A DNA stretch of 64,000 nucleotides from Deltaproteobacteria bacterium (GTDB lineage: Bacteria; Myxococcota_A; Polyangia; Polyangiales; Houyiibacteriaceae), in the NCBI GenBank assembly GCA_034670305.1, contig JAXMNT010000003.1, positions 160,001 to 224,000 on the forward strand, read 5' to 3'. Within the stretch, counting starts at the first letter, position 1. Every line of letters begins with the position of its first letter. Under the pieces are notes generated by a model. That model was given only the letters and a program-made list of their open reading frames with translations. It was not told where the DNA came from and ran no database searches. Shown one piece after another: positions 1 to 11,326 of the stretch. The translations under genes were made by a program, and so were the position numbers.

Positions 1-38
1 TGACGGCCCTCGCATTCGCGAGACGGGCGGCCCTCGCT

Positions 39-1459
<1,421 letters not shown>

Positions 1460-1460
<1 letters not shown>

Positions 1461-2119
1461 CAAGGTTCTCTCAGGTCGGTCAGGTTGGTACAGATGGTCA
1501 GGGGCGAGAGCTGGGTCGCGGGGAGCGCCGGGTCGCCGTGGAGCACCCGCTCGATCGCTTCCCGCTTCGACTCCCCCATGGCGAGCAACACGTGCTGCGA
1601 AGCGGTCGCGAGAAACTTCGTGGTCAGGGTGAACCGCTCCGAAGGGGGCTTCGGGCTCTCCGGTTCGAACGCCACCCGATCGCCCTCCCGGTCGTGCCCA
1701 GGGAACAACGAAGCGATGTGTCCGTCCGGCCCCATGCCGAGCAAGGTCACATCCAGCGCGTCGTCGAACTGCGCGGACAACCTGGACCGCACCCGCGAAA
1801 GCGCATCCTCGACCGGCTCGCCATCGACGTAGAGCGGCAGCTCGAACTGGCCACGCGCGGTCGTCTGCCGGTGGGCTTCGCCGAAGTTGCTCTGAGGGTC
1901 TGCGTGCGGCACCCGGCGTTCGTCGGTCCAGGTCAACCACACATGCGGGAGATGTGACTTCAGCGCCGTGCACGCGTAGACCCACGCTCCGAGGGCAGAC
2001 CCGCCGGAGATCGCCACGCGTGCCCGGCCTCGCTCGGCACCCGCCGCCTGAACCGCGGCACAGAGTTGGTCGGCTGCCAGCGCGGTTGCGTCCCCGCTCG
2101 AAAGAACCAGAGGCTTCAT
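1460..2119 (-). CDS. pgl: 6-phosphogluconolactonase
   Basis: AISGGS, WTDERRVP..DPQSN, LLGMGPDGHIASLFPG, PKPPSERFTLT. Start is 2119 or 2146. Confidence 0.93.
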
Positions 2120-2163
2120 CGCGGCGATGCTAGCAGCCTCGTCCATGTGAGACCCTCGGCCGC

Positions 2164-3615
2164 ATGAGCGAGCCCAAACTGGAGTCCAGCGTCTTCATCA
2201 TCTTCGGCGGCACCGGCGATCTGGCGCGCCGCAAACTTCTCCCCGCGCTGGCGCGGCTGGCAGCCAAGGGATCCCTCGGAACCTGCCACGTGCTCGGCGT
2301 GGCCCGGGGCACCGACCACGACGACGCGTCGTACCGGGGGTTCGTGCGCGAAGCGTTGACGGCTGCGGGTCTGCCCGAGACCACCCGCGCGAAACTCTGC
2401 GACAGCACCCTTCACTACCACTCGATCGGCAAGGGCACCGAAGACGACTTCAAGGCGCTCGGTGCGCGCCTCGAGGCGATCGAGAAGGAACATGGCCTCG
2501 GCCAGAACCGCACGTTCTACCTCTCCCTTCCGCCGAAAGCCTTCGCCTCCACGATGAAGGGCCTCGCGCTGGTCGGTCTCGACGAGAGCAAGGGCTGGAC
2601 GCGCCTAGTCGTCGAGAAGCCGTTCGGCCGCGACCTGCAGAGCGCGCGGGAACTCAACGCGATCACCCACGAGTACTTCAGCGAGGAGCAGATCTACCGA
2701 ATCGATCACTACCTCGGCAAAGAGACCGTCCAGAACCTGATGGTCTTCCGGTTCGCCAACGCGATCTTCGAGTCGATGTGGAACCGGGAGCGGGTGCAGA
2801 GCGTGACGATCACGGTCGGCGAGAGCCTCGGGCTCGGCAGCCGCGCGGGCTATTACGATGGCATCGGGGCGCTGCGCGACATGCTGCAGAACCACCTGAC
2901 GCAGTTGCTCACACTGGTGGCGATGGAACCTCCGAGCAGCTTCGACGCGGACGCGATCCGCTACGAGAAGATCAAGGTGCTCAAATCGATGGCGCCGATC
3001 GATGCGAGTCGGGTCATCCGGGGTCAGTACGATCACGGTGAAGTGAACGGCGAGAAGGTGCTCGGCTACCTCGAAGAGGAGGGCGTGCCGATGAACTCCG
3101 CCACCGAGACCTTCGTCGCGCTCGAGCTCGAGATCGACAACTGGCGCTGGAAGGGTGTGCCCTTCTACCTGCGGACCGGCAAACGGTTGGCGGCGAAGAG
3201 CTCACGCATCCTCGTGCAGTTCCGAGATGTGCCCGTCAGCCTTTTCCGGTCGATGGGGGCCAAACTCGACACCACCGACGTGCTCGTCATCACGCTGCAA
3301 CCGAACGAAGGCTTCGAGCTGCACTTCGACGTCAAAGCCCCTGGCAACCCCTTCCGCACCAAACGCATCCCGCTCACCTTCGATTACGGCGCCGCGTTCG
3401 ACGAGATCCCGCCCGCGTACCAGACGCTTCTGCTCAACGTACTGCAAGGCGACCAGACCCTCTTCGTGCACGCGGACGAAGTGGAAGAGAGCTGGCGCGT
3501 CTACACGCCGCTGCTCGACAACCCCGGCATCATTCACCGCTACCGCTCCGGCACCTGGGGCCCACGCGAAGCCGACCACTTGGCGCTGCCCGAACCGGAG
3601 CTCTGGCAGATCTAG
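2164..3615 (+). CDS. zwf: glucose-6-phosphate 1-dehydrogenase
   Basis: IFGGTGDLA, VEKPFG, YRIDHYLGKE, RDMLQNH, WRWKGVPFYLRTGK. Confidence 0.97.
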   Translation: MSEPKLESSVFIIFGGTGDLARRKLLPALARLAAKGSLGTCHVLGVARGTDHDDASYRGFVREALTAAGLPETTRAKLCDSTLHYHSIGKGTEDDFKALGARLEAIEKEHGLGQNRTFYLSLPPKAFASTMKGLALVGLDESKGWTRLVVEKPFGRDLQSARELNAITHEYFSEEQIYRIDHYLGKETVQNLMVFRFANAIFESMWNRERVQSVTITVGESLGLGSRAGYYDGIGALRDMLQNHLTQLLTLVAMEPPSSFDADAIRYEKIKVLKSMAPIDASRVIRGQYDHGEVNGEKVLGYLEEEGVPMNSATETFVALELEIDNWRWKGVPFYLRTGKRLAAKSSRILVQFRDVPVSLFRSMGAKLDTTDVLVITLQPNEGFELHFDVKAPGNPFRTKRIPLTFDYGAAFDEIPPAYQTLLLNVLQGDQTLFVHADEVEESWRVYTPLLDNPGIIHRYRSGTWGPREADHLALPEPELWQI

Positions 3616-3710
3616 GTCGCCGATTCCGAGTCCGAAACCGGCGCGCGGGTGCGAGCGACGCATGTTGCCGACTTCCGTGCGACACTGAGGCCGTGGCTCG
3701 TGGAAGTTCC

Positions 3711-5429
3711 ATGCGTGCAGTGCTGCCGATCCTCGTCGTGCTCGGCTGTTCTTCCGGTGCGCCCACGCTCTTCGTGGATCTGCGGACCGATCTGGTCCCG
3801 GTGGTCGAGCTCGCCGAAGTCACGGTGTCGCTCGAGGCGGACGGCGCGACCCGGCTCGAAACCCACACGGTGCTCTCGAGCGACGGGTTCATCCGCGGCG
3901 TGCGGGTCGCTCGATTCGACGAGGCACCCGTCGGCGACGTGGTCGTCTCCGTCCAACTCCTCGCGGCCAACGGCGAGCGCCTGGGCATTCGCCGCACCAG
4001 CGTCTCCATCCGCGGAGAGACCGTCGCCACCATCGTCTTCTCCCGAAGCTGCCTCGACGTCGTGTGCCCGAACGGCGACGCCGCGGCCACCGAGTGTCTG
4101 AACGGCCGTTGCGTCGAACCAGACTGTGCGGTCGACGCGCTCGAGAACTGCGGCGACGTGGCGTGCACGTCCGACACCGACTGTCCAGAACCCACCGTCG
4201 CGTGCGGGGAACGCAACTGCACCGACGGCGCCTGTTTCATTCGTCCGGTCGAGGGCGCTTGTGGAGCGGGCGAAGCGTGCTCGCCCGCACTTGGTTGTGT
4301 GCTCGTCCCGGACGGCGCGGACGCCGGTGTGCTGGACGGTGGGGTCCCCGACGCGTCCATGGACGATGCGTCCACCGATGCGTCCATGGGCGATGCCTCT
4401 CTACCGGACGCGGCGGAGCCGGAGTGCACCATGGACGTGCAGTGCGACGACGGCGTGTTCTGCAACGGTGTCGAAGTCTGTGTCGAGCAGACGTGTGTTC
4501 CGGGCGCCCCGGTGGTGTGCGACGACGCGGTCGCGTGCACCGACGACACCTGCAACGAAGACGCGGGCGCGTGCGCGTTCGCGCCCAACGACGGCCGCTG
4601 CACCGCCACCGCCGGTGGCCGCTGCGACGCGGACTCCGACTGCCAGTACCCCACCTGCACCGCGGTGACGTGTGTGGCGGGGCCGTGCGAGACCGCGATG
4701 TGTTCCGGCGACACCTGCGTCCGCACGGGTCTGTGCGGCGGAGGCGAGATGTGCTGTGGCGGCAGCTGCGCACCGGCAGGCTGTGACGATGGCAACCCCT
4801 GCACCGACGACTCGTGCGGCGGCGGTGGGTGCGTGAACGCCCCGAACACGAACGCGTGCAGCGACGGGAACCTCTGCACGATCGGGGACCAATGCAGCCT
4901 TGGCGAATGCGATCCGGGCATGCCGCGCAACTGCAACGACGGGAACCTGTGCACCGACGACACCTGTGCCCCCGCGACGGGCTGTCTCCATGCCAACAAC
5001 ACCGCGGCCTGCGACGACGACAACGCGTGCACCCCCACCGACCGCTGCGCGGCGGGCGCGTGCGTCGGCAGTGGCACGATGGTCTGCGACGATGGCAACG
5101 GCTGCACCACCGACAGTTGCGTTGCCCCGGGAGGGTGTGTGTTTGCGCCCGTGGCGTCGGGCACCATGTGTGCGGCCGACGTGTGCGGCCCGTGGCAGCC
5201 GTGTCGCGGAAGTTGCGCGACCGGCGGGACCCAACGCCGGGTCTGCCGGCCCCAGGAATGCACCGACGTGGGGGCTTGCGAAGACGGAACCTCCTACATG
5301 GAATCGCAGGACTGCACGCTCAACCCGGGAGACAGCTGCACCATGTGCGGCGGAGTCGGCTGCGGCGGCATCGGCTCCCGTTGTGTTGGCACGTGCGACG
5401 GCAGCGGGTGCTGCAACCCCGATTCCTGA
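3711..5429 (+). CDS. Cys-rich repeat lipoprotein (myxobacterial type)
   Basis: Lipobox-like LVVLGC, many CDDGNxCTxDxC repeats, low-complexity DAS linker. Confidence 0.8.
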   Translation: MRAVLPILVVLGCSSGAPTLFVDLRTDLVPVVELAEVTVSLEADGATRLETHTVLSSDGFIRGVRVARFDEAPVGDVVVSVQLLAANGERLGIRRTSVSIRGETVATIVFSRSCLDVVCPNGDAAATECLNGRCVEPDCAVDALENCGDVACTSDTDCPEPTVACGERNCTDGACFIRPVEGACGAGEACSPALGCVLVPDGADAGVLDGGVPDASMDDASTDASMGDASLPDAAEPECTMDVQCDDGVFCNGVEVCVEQTCVPGAPVVCDDAVACTDDTCNEDAGACAFAPNDGRCTATAGGRCDADSDCQYPTCTAVTCVAGPCETAMCSGDTCVRTGLCGGGEMCCGGSCAPAGCDDGNPCTDDSCGGGGCVNAPNTNACSDGNLCTIGDQCSLGECDPGMPRNCNDGNLCTDDTCAPATGCLHANNTAACDDDNACTPTDRCAAGACVGSGTMVCDDGNGCTTDSCVAPGGCVFAPVASGTMCAADVCGPWQPCRGSCATGGTQRRVCRPQECTDVGACEDGTSYMESQDCTLNPGDSCTMCGGVGCGGIGSRCVGTCDGSGCCNPDS

Positions 5430-5556
5430 ATGGGTCGCGGTTCGGCGACCGCACACCGCACACCGTGTATGCTCTGGTCGTGAGGTTGAAGCCCATGAAC
5501 CACTGGAACGATCACGTCTTTCGACCGGGTTCGCCGCCCGCAGCCCAGGAGTCTCG

Positions 5557-5769
5557 ATGAAACTCGAAGGGGACGAAGACGGCATCGCCGCGCTGAAGGC
5601 GATGCACCAAGAGAGCCCGTCGGCGTTGAAGTTCTTGGTCGGCGAAGCGAAGTCGAACACCGACATGCGGACCACGTTCCGCGCGCCGGGCGGCCGCCTC
5701 TTCGAGCTCAAGGTCGACGTGCGCACCGGGAACCTCGTGGTGAGTCCGAAACCCGACGCGCCCGGCTGA
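5557..5769 (+). CDS. small hypothetical protein (70 aa, MKLEGDEDG...)
   Basis: AGGAG RBS just upstream of ATG 5557; GC3-rich codons; fills the intergenic gap. Confidence 0.65.
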   Translation: MKLEGDEDGIAALKAMHQESPSALKFLVGEAKSNTDMRTTFRAPGGRLFELKVDVRTGNLVVSPKPDAPG

Positions 5770-5794
5770 GCCAGCTCCTCGGCTGAGCCCCTCC

Positions 5795-7705
5795 TCAGCC
5801 GTCGGTGTCGAACGCGTAGAAGGCGCCGTTCACGTTGCCGCCGGTCACGTCACCAGAACCGACGATCAGTCGATCGCCCGCGCCGGCGAGGACGTCTCCG
5901 AAGCGTTCCCCGTTGACCCGAATGCTCGACGTGAAGCGCAGGGTCTCGACCCAGGTACCGAATGCATCCGGCGCGAAGACGTAGGCAGTCCCGGCGATCG
6001 GTGCCCCGTCGCCGCTCCCCCAGAAGTCCGTCGGGGCCCCAACCGCCAGCCGGCCGTCTTCGAGGATCTCCACGTCCAACGCGAACCGGTTGCCGTCGTC
6101 GATTCGGTGGTCGCGTGGCACCAAGGTCGCCCGCAGGCTCCACGAGGCGGGCGTCGCGCCCATCTCGTAGTAGAACGCGCGACCGTCGGTTCCAGTTGCC
6201 CCGAGAAATCCGAGCGCACCGACCAGCAACTTGGGTGGCGAGCCGTCCTGAAGGTCGACCGAGTATCCGAAGTCGATCCAGCCGGCGTCGAACTCGGTCC
6301 GAAAGTTCCAGGTCCCCGCGCCGGACCGGCTGAAGATCTGGACCGTCTCGCTGAAGCAGGTGACGGCGATGAGATCTCCGCTCACAGCCACGTCCACGGG
6401 GTTGCACGTCTCGCTGGACGGAGTGACCTCCATCCACGTCGTGCCTACCCGCTCGTAGAAGTGTCCCCGGCTGCCGCCCGCCGCGACGACGTAATCTCCG
6501 TCGAGGTCGATCGGACCCTCGAGCGCGTCGGCGCCCGCGGGCAGGTACTGCGCCAATTCCCAGCCGGCCGCCGCGTCTCGTTCGTAGACCGCGAACCCGC
6601 CGCGGAAGTGCGCGACGGCCCGGTCGCCGTCGATCGCGACGCCCATGCCGAAGTCGTCGTTGGCCTCTCGAGCGAGGGGTGGCGCCAGTTCGGTGTGATC
6701 GACGGCGTACACGTCAGGCGCTTCGCGGAAGACCACCACCCGGCCGGTGCGCGTCAGCCCACCAACGGTCGCTCGCGGGGTTCCCGTGATCACCCGCGAA
6801 CCGCTGGCATCAAGCCAGTCGGCGAAGTACTGGTCCACTTCGAACGGGGGGGAGATGCTGGGGCGGCGCGTGTGCGCGACCGGGTCGATCGCGCAGTACC
6901 CATCCATGATGCACATGCCCACACCACACGCGCCCGAAGCGCGGGGCGGTTCCATGCGCATGCACACCGGCGTCGCACCACTGCAGTCCACCGTGCCGCC
7001 ATAACAGGGCTCCGGCGTGCAGCTCATGCCGCAGGGGCCGCCGTCCGGCCCGCCGTCGATTCCAGCGTCGTCGGGTGCATCCGTGCCGGCGTCCATGGGC
7101 GCGTCCATCTCGGGCGCATCCATCTCGGGCGCGTCCATCTCGGGCGCGTCCATCTCGGGCGCGTCCACGGTCGGTGCGTCTGCGGTCGGGGCGTCCATCG
7201 AGGTGGCATCGTGCGCACCGGCGTCGAGGATCCCGTCCACGGGACCGTCGAAGTCCGGCAGCGCGTTGACGTCGATCATCTCCGACGTGCACGCGCCGGC
7301 ACGGCACGTCATGTCCGCGCCACAGGTGCGGTCCACACAATCGGCGGAGAGCAGCACGTCCAGTCGCTTCACCCGTTCGGACGCGAACACGCCGCGCGCG
7401 CTTCTCGAGAGTGCGCCGAGCGAACTTCCTTCCAGGGTGACTTCCACCCGCCAGAACCGCGACGCGTCCTCGTCTCGCGGCGCCACCGCGAGCACGTAGG
7501 GGTACCGCGCGGGGTCGACGACCTCGGTCGCGATGGACTCGAGCGAGGCCACGCTCGGACCCCCGAAGACTTCGATGCGCAACCGGCCACCCGAGGCGGC
7601 CACGAGCGAGTCGGCCTGCACGTTGACCATCAGCTGTGTCGGGTCGGCCGAGCACGCGGCGAGGGAGAAGGACAGTGCGAGGAGAACTGAGGTTCGAAGC
7701 ATCAT
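5795..7705 (-). CDS. lipoprotein with FG-GAP/integrin-like beta-propeller repeats
   Basis: LSFSLAAC lipobox; FG-GAP-like motifs FGMGVAIDG, FGYSVDL, LAVGAP, FGDVLAG. Confidence 0.8.
   Translation of the reverse strand: MMLRTSVLLALSFSLAACSADPTQLMVNVQADSLVAASGGRLRIEVFGGPSVASLESIATEVVDPARYPYVLAVAPRDEDASRFWRVEVTLEGSSLGALSRSARGVFASERVKRLDVLLSADCVDRTCGADMTCRAGACTSEMIDVNALPDFDGPVDGILDAGAHDATSMDAPTADAPTVDAPEMDAPEMDAPEMDAPEMDAPMDAGTDAPDDAGIDGGPDGGPCGMSCTPEPCYGGTVDCSGATPVCMRMEPPRASGACGVGMCIMDGYCAIDPVAHTRRPSISPPFEVDQYFADWLDASGSRVITGTPRATVGGLTRTGRVVVFREAPDVYAVDHTELAPPLAREANDDFGMGVAIDGDRAVAHFRGGFAVYERDAAAGWELAQYLPAGADALEGPIDLDGDYVVAAGGSRGHFYERVGTTWMEVTPSSETCNPVDVAVSGDLIAVTCFSETVQIFSRSGAGTWNFRTEFDAGWIDFGYSVDLQDGSPPKLLVGALGFLGATGTDGRAFYYEMGATPASWSLRATLVPRDHRIDDGNRFALDVEILEDGRLAVGAPTDFWGSGDGAPIAGTAYVFAPDAFGTWVETLRFTSSIRVNGERFGDVLAGAGDRLIVGSGDVTGGNVNGAFYAFDTDG
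7096..7166. repeat. 15-nt tandem repeat encoding (DAPEM)4 linker
   Basis: gggcgcgtccatctc units in tandem. Confidence 0.85.
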
Positions 7706-7709
7706 GAGA

Positions 7710-8420
7710 TCACCAACTTCCGAGCGCGAAATGCACGTTGCCACTGTCGCCTGCTTGGTGGTCGGGCGAGCGGCCGCTCAATCCGATCGCCAACCCGACA
7801 CCGAGCCCGACGACCACGACACCAACGACGATGCCGACGATGAGTCCGACGTTCGAGCGCTCAGGCGGTGGTGGTTCAGCCAAGACCGCGTCGGTGTCCA
7901 CGACCGGATCGGGCTCTGGAACGGTGGTGTCCGGCGCCGCGTCTTGCACATGACGACGCAGGATCGCCAGGCGTGCCTCGATGGCAACCCGTTCGTCCTG
8001 GGCGGGTTCGGTCTGCAGGTACCGCTCGAAGGCTTCGATGGCGTCGGCGTCCCGCCTCAGCCGGTCGAACGACTGGCCGATGTTGAAGAGCAGCTCGTTG
8101 CGACCGCTGAGCGAGTGGGCCCGCTGGAACTGAGTCAGCGCTTCTTCGTAGCGGCCGGCCTCGTAGGCTGCGCGTCCCGCCAAGAAGAGCTCGCGTGCGG
8201 CGTTGTCGAGATGTGCTTCGACGTTGACCGCCTGCGTTTCGCCGACGACGGTGGCTTCGGCACTCGCCCCGGACTCCCCCGACTCCGCGGACGCACCGGA
8301 CTCCCCGGACTCCCCGGGCGGTTCTGGGGGATCCGATTGGGCGAACGCCACACCGGCGTACGAGCAGGTCATGGCGGCGAGCAGGAGGCGACATACCAGA
8401 GGGCGCATGGCGAAGAACAT
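7710..8420 (-). CDS. tetratricopeptide-repeat protein with signal peptide and C-terminal TM helix
   Basis: ARELFLAGRAAYEAGRYEEALTQF...LLFNIGQ...AIEAFERYL; hydrophobic C-terminus; start 8420 or 8408. Confidence 0.82.
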   Translation of the reverse strand: MFFAMRPLVCRLLLAAMTCSYAGVAFAQSDPPEPPGESGESGASAESGESGASAEATVVGETQAVNVEAHLDNAARELFLAGRAAYEAGRYEEALTQFQRAHSLSGRNELLFNIGQSFDRLRRDADAIEAFERYLQTEPAQDERVAIEARLAILRRHVQDAAPDTTVPEPDPVVDTDAVLAEPPPPERSNVGLIVGIVVGVVVVGLGVGLAIGLSGRSPDHQAGDSGNVHFALGSW

Positions 8421-8551
8421 ACACCCGCTGGGGGCATCGCGCCTCTCCCCAGAAGGGTGACGGCCGAGGCTCTGCGGACCGTGCCCCCGCGCCAGAGCGA
8501 ACACTTCACAGCCGCCCAGGAGTCGTGAGATTCTGGCGCCGGAGGTAGGGG

Positions 8552-9640
8552 ATGAAAAAGTGGGGCAAACGCCTGGGGGGTGTCCTCGGGTTTCTCGTGG
8601 TGTGCGCGCTGATCTTTTACGCATGGGCGTGGTGGAAGACAGACCAGCGGCTCGCACAAGTCTGGACGATTGAAGACGTGGACATCCCGGTCCCCTTCCC
8701 GCTCACGGACACCGAGTTGCAGAGCTTGCGCGAAGAGCGACGCGCCGCCCTTCCGCCCGAGCCCGAGCTCGACGCCGACGACACCGCGGCCACCGACACC
8801 GTGGCCGATGAGACGGCATCGACCGAGAACGGGGACCCGCCCGACGAACCCGAAGTCGACGTGCTCGCCGGCGTCGACCTCGACGCGCTTGCCCTCGAGC
8901 GGGCCGTCGCCCGGGGCGAACATCTGGTGAACGCCATCTACGTCTGCGCCGAATGCCACGGCGCGGACCTCTCTGGTGGGGTGATGATCGACAGCGCCGT
9001 GATGGGGACGCTGCTGGGCCCGAACCTCACCAGCGGAGCGGGTGGCGTGACCGCTCAATACACCCCGGCGGACTGGAACCGCACGGTGCGACACGGCATC
9101 GGCCGCAGCAGCAAGGCGCTGGCGATGCCCTCGACCGACTTCATGCGGATGAGCGACCGCGAACTCTCCGACATCATCGCGTACGCAAGCTCGTTGCCCC
9201 CGGTCGACAACGTGGTGGAGCCGCCCTCGCTCGGACCGCTCGGCACCGTCCTGATCGCGACCGGCGCGCTCCCGCTCTCGGTGGATCTGATCGACCACGA
9301 CCGCGAACATCTGCGGTTCCCACCCGAAGAAGGACCAACCGCCGAATATGGGGAACACCTCGCAGCCGTCTGCACCGGATGCCACCGCGAAGACATGCGG
9401 GGTGGCCCGATCGAAGCCGGCGATCCGGACTGGCTGCCCGCAGCCAACCTCACGACGTTGCAAGACTGGAGCTACGACGACTTCGTGACTGCGATGCGGG
9501 ATCTCAAACGTCCCGATGGTTCAGACATTCGTTTGCCCATGGCGCTCATGGCGCCGTACGCCGAGCGTATGACTGAAGTCGAACTGCAGGCGCTCTGGGC
9601 CTACCTCGAGACCGCGGAACCGCTGCCCACCGGCGAGTAG
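8552..9640 (+). CDS. membrane-anchored diheme c-type cytochrome
   Basis: Two CxxCH motifs (CAECH, CTGCH), PNLT/ANLT motifs, N-terminal TM helix. Confidence 0.9.
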   Translation: MKKWGKRLGGVLGFLVVCALIFYAWAWWKTDQRLAQVWTIEDVDIPVPFPLTDTELQSLREERRAALPPEPELDADDTAATDTVADETASTENGDPPDEPEVDVLAGVDLDALALERAVARGEHLVNAIYVCAECHGADLSGGVMIDSAVMGTLLGPNLTSGAGGVTAQYTPADWNRTVRHGIGRSSKALAMPSTDFMRMSDRELSDIIAYASSLPPVDNVVEPPSLGPLGTVLIATGALPLSVDLIDHDREHLRFPPEEGPTAEYGEHLAAVCTGCHREDMRGGPIEAGDPDWLPAANLTTLQDWSYDDFVTAMRDLKRPDGSDIRLPMALMAPYAERMTEVELQALWAYLETAEPLPTGE

Positions 9641-9671
9641 TCAGGCCAGCGTTCGCCAGCGAACTGCCCCT

Positions 9672-11243
9672 CTACTGCTCGACGCAGTAGAGCCGGTAGG
9701 TGCCGTTGCAGGTGAGATCGGAGAACTGCGTCCACAAGCTGTCGGTGGCCACGATCCATCCGGCCGTGCCGTAGGCCACGGGGCTCGTGGAGGTCCACCC
9801 GTTGCAGTGGGCCGCGGTCGCCACGCCCGAGACGTCGGTTCCGGTCCACGCCGTGTCCGCCACCGGTGTCGTCCGGCCGAACTCGTCGTAGCGGATCGGA
9901 GCCTGCAACGTTCCGTCGAGCGCATCCATCCAGTCGTCGGCGACGGTGACATTCGGCATGCCCTCGCGCGCCATCACGTAGGGCGCGGGCGATGGGAAGA
10001 AGCGGTCCCGCACATCGTCGAGCGGACTGCTGAGCCAGGCGACGTAGCGCCCGGTCCGGCCCACCGCACGCGCGGTCGCCTGACAGATCGAGTCTCCGTT
10101 CCGAACGTCCCCATCGATCGCCGTGACCGGAAAGCCCATCGAGGTGACGAACACAGCTTTGCCCTCGACGCAGAGCCCATCGACACACGACGACCGCCCG
10201 TCACGGGCGCAGTCGCCGTTGTCGACGCACGTGGTCTCGCACGCCGCGCCGGAGCTGCATGCAAACGGGATGCACGCCAGCGAGTCGCTGCCCGCGAACT
10301 CATCGGCCGGACAGGAAGCTGTCGTGCCGGCACACGTCTCCTCCACATCGCAGGGCCCCGCCACCGATCGACACACTGTACCCGTCTCCGCGAACCGATC
10401 GGCCGGACACGAGGTGCTGCTCCCGGTGCACGTCTCTTGCAAGTCGCACGCGCCGGCGGCCGCGCGACACACCGTGGTCGCGGGCTGAAACCCGTTGGCC
10501 GGACACGAGCGGCTGCTGCCAGTGCAGACCTCCGCCCGGTCGCACACCCCGGACGCGCTCCGGCATTCGGTCCCCGCGGTCGCGAAACCATCCACGGGAC
10601 ACGCCCCTGCGCTGCACGACTCTGCGACGTCACACGCGCCGCCCCGCGCCCGACACACCGTGCCGTCCGGTGACGGCGCACACCCACCCGCGCCGTCGCA
10701 GAGACCGAGGTCACAGCCCGCCACGTCCGCCGTGCACTCGTCGCCCGGGTCGGTGCCTTCTTCGACCGGCCGACACAGTCCGTCGGCCGCGGCGGTGTCG
10801 ACCGTGCGGCACGAGCGGCAGAGGCCTCCGCACGCCGACTCGCAGCACACGCCATCGACGCAGAAGCCGGTGGCGCACTCGCCGCCGGCCCCGCATGCAC
10901 CGCCCAGAGAGGTCCGGGCATCCATGCCTGCATCCATCGCGCCTGCGTCGACGCCTCCGTCTTCACGCGACGCATCCGGGTCCACGAACGCATCCGTCGG
11001 CGCATCTTCGAACCGCGCGTCTTCGAGACCGCCGTCTCCGAGGCCGCCGTCTTCGACGCCGCCATCTTCGGAGCTTGCGTCGCCAGGCATCGAACCCGAG
11101 TCGGCCGCGAGCGCATCGGTCGCACCGTCGAGTGCACCGCCACCATCCAACCGGTCCTCGCCTGCGTCGACGTCCAGACCGTCGTCGCCGCATGCGGCTC
11201 CGAGCAACAGAGAAAGGAGCACACCCAAGGCACGAAATCGCAT
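9672..11243 (-). CDS. Cys-rich lipoprotein with disintegrin-like repeats and C-terminal DUF1554-like domain
   Basis: LLLGAAC lipobox; four CRxxxGxCDxxExCxxxxxxCP repeats; VFVTS...GDSICQATA...AWTGT...HCNGWTS...LYCVEQ tail. Confidence 0.78.
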   Translation of the reverse strand: MRFRALGVLLSLLLGAACGDDGLDVDAGEDRLDGGGALDGATDALAADSGSMPGDASSEDGGVEDGGLGDGGLEDARFEDAPTDAFVDPDASREDGGVDAGAMDAGMDARTSLGGACGAGGECATGFCVDGVCCESACGGLCRSCRTVDTAAADGLCRPVEEGTDPGDECTADVAGCDLGLCDGAGGCAPSPDGTVCRARGGACDVAESCSAGACPVDGFATAGTECRSASGVCDRAEVCTGSSRSCPANGFQPATTVCRAAAGACDLQETCTGSSTSCPADRFAETGTVCRSVAGPCDVEETCAGTTASCPADEFAGSDSLACIPFACSSGAACETTCVDNGDCARDGRSSCVDGLCVEGKAVFVTSMGFPVTAIDGDVRNGDSICQATARAVGRTGRYVAWLSSPLDDVRDRFFPSPAPYVMAREGMPNVTVADDWMDALDGTLQAPIRYDEFGRTTPVADTAWTGTDVSGVATAAHCNGWTSTSPVAYGTAGWIVATDSLWTQFSDLTCNGTYRLYCVEQ

Positions 11244-11326
11244 CGCTCCACTCTAGGTGGCCCGGACACCGTCCAGTCTTAGCGATCTCTTACACGCGGC
11301 GACGCGCTTCGGACGGGCGCCGAGGG

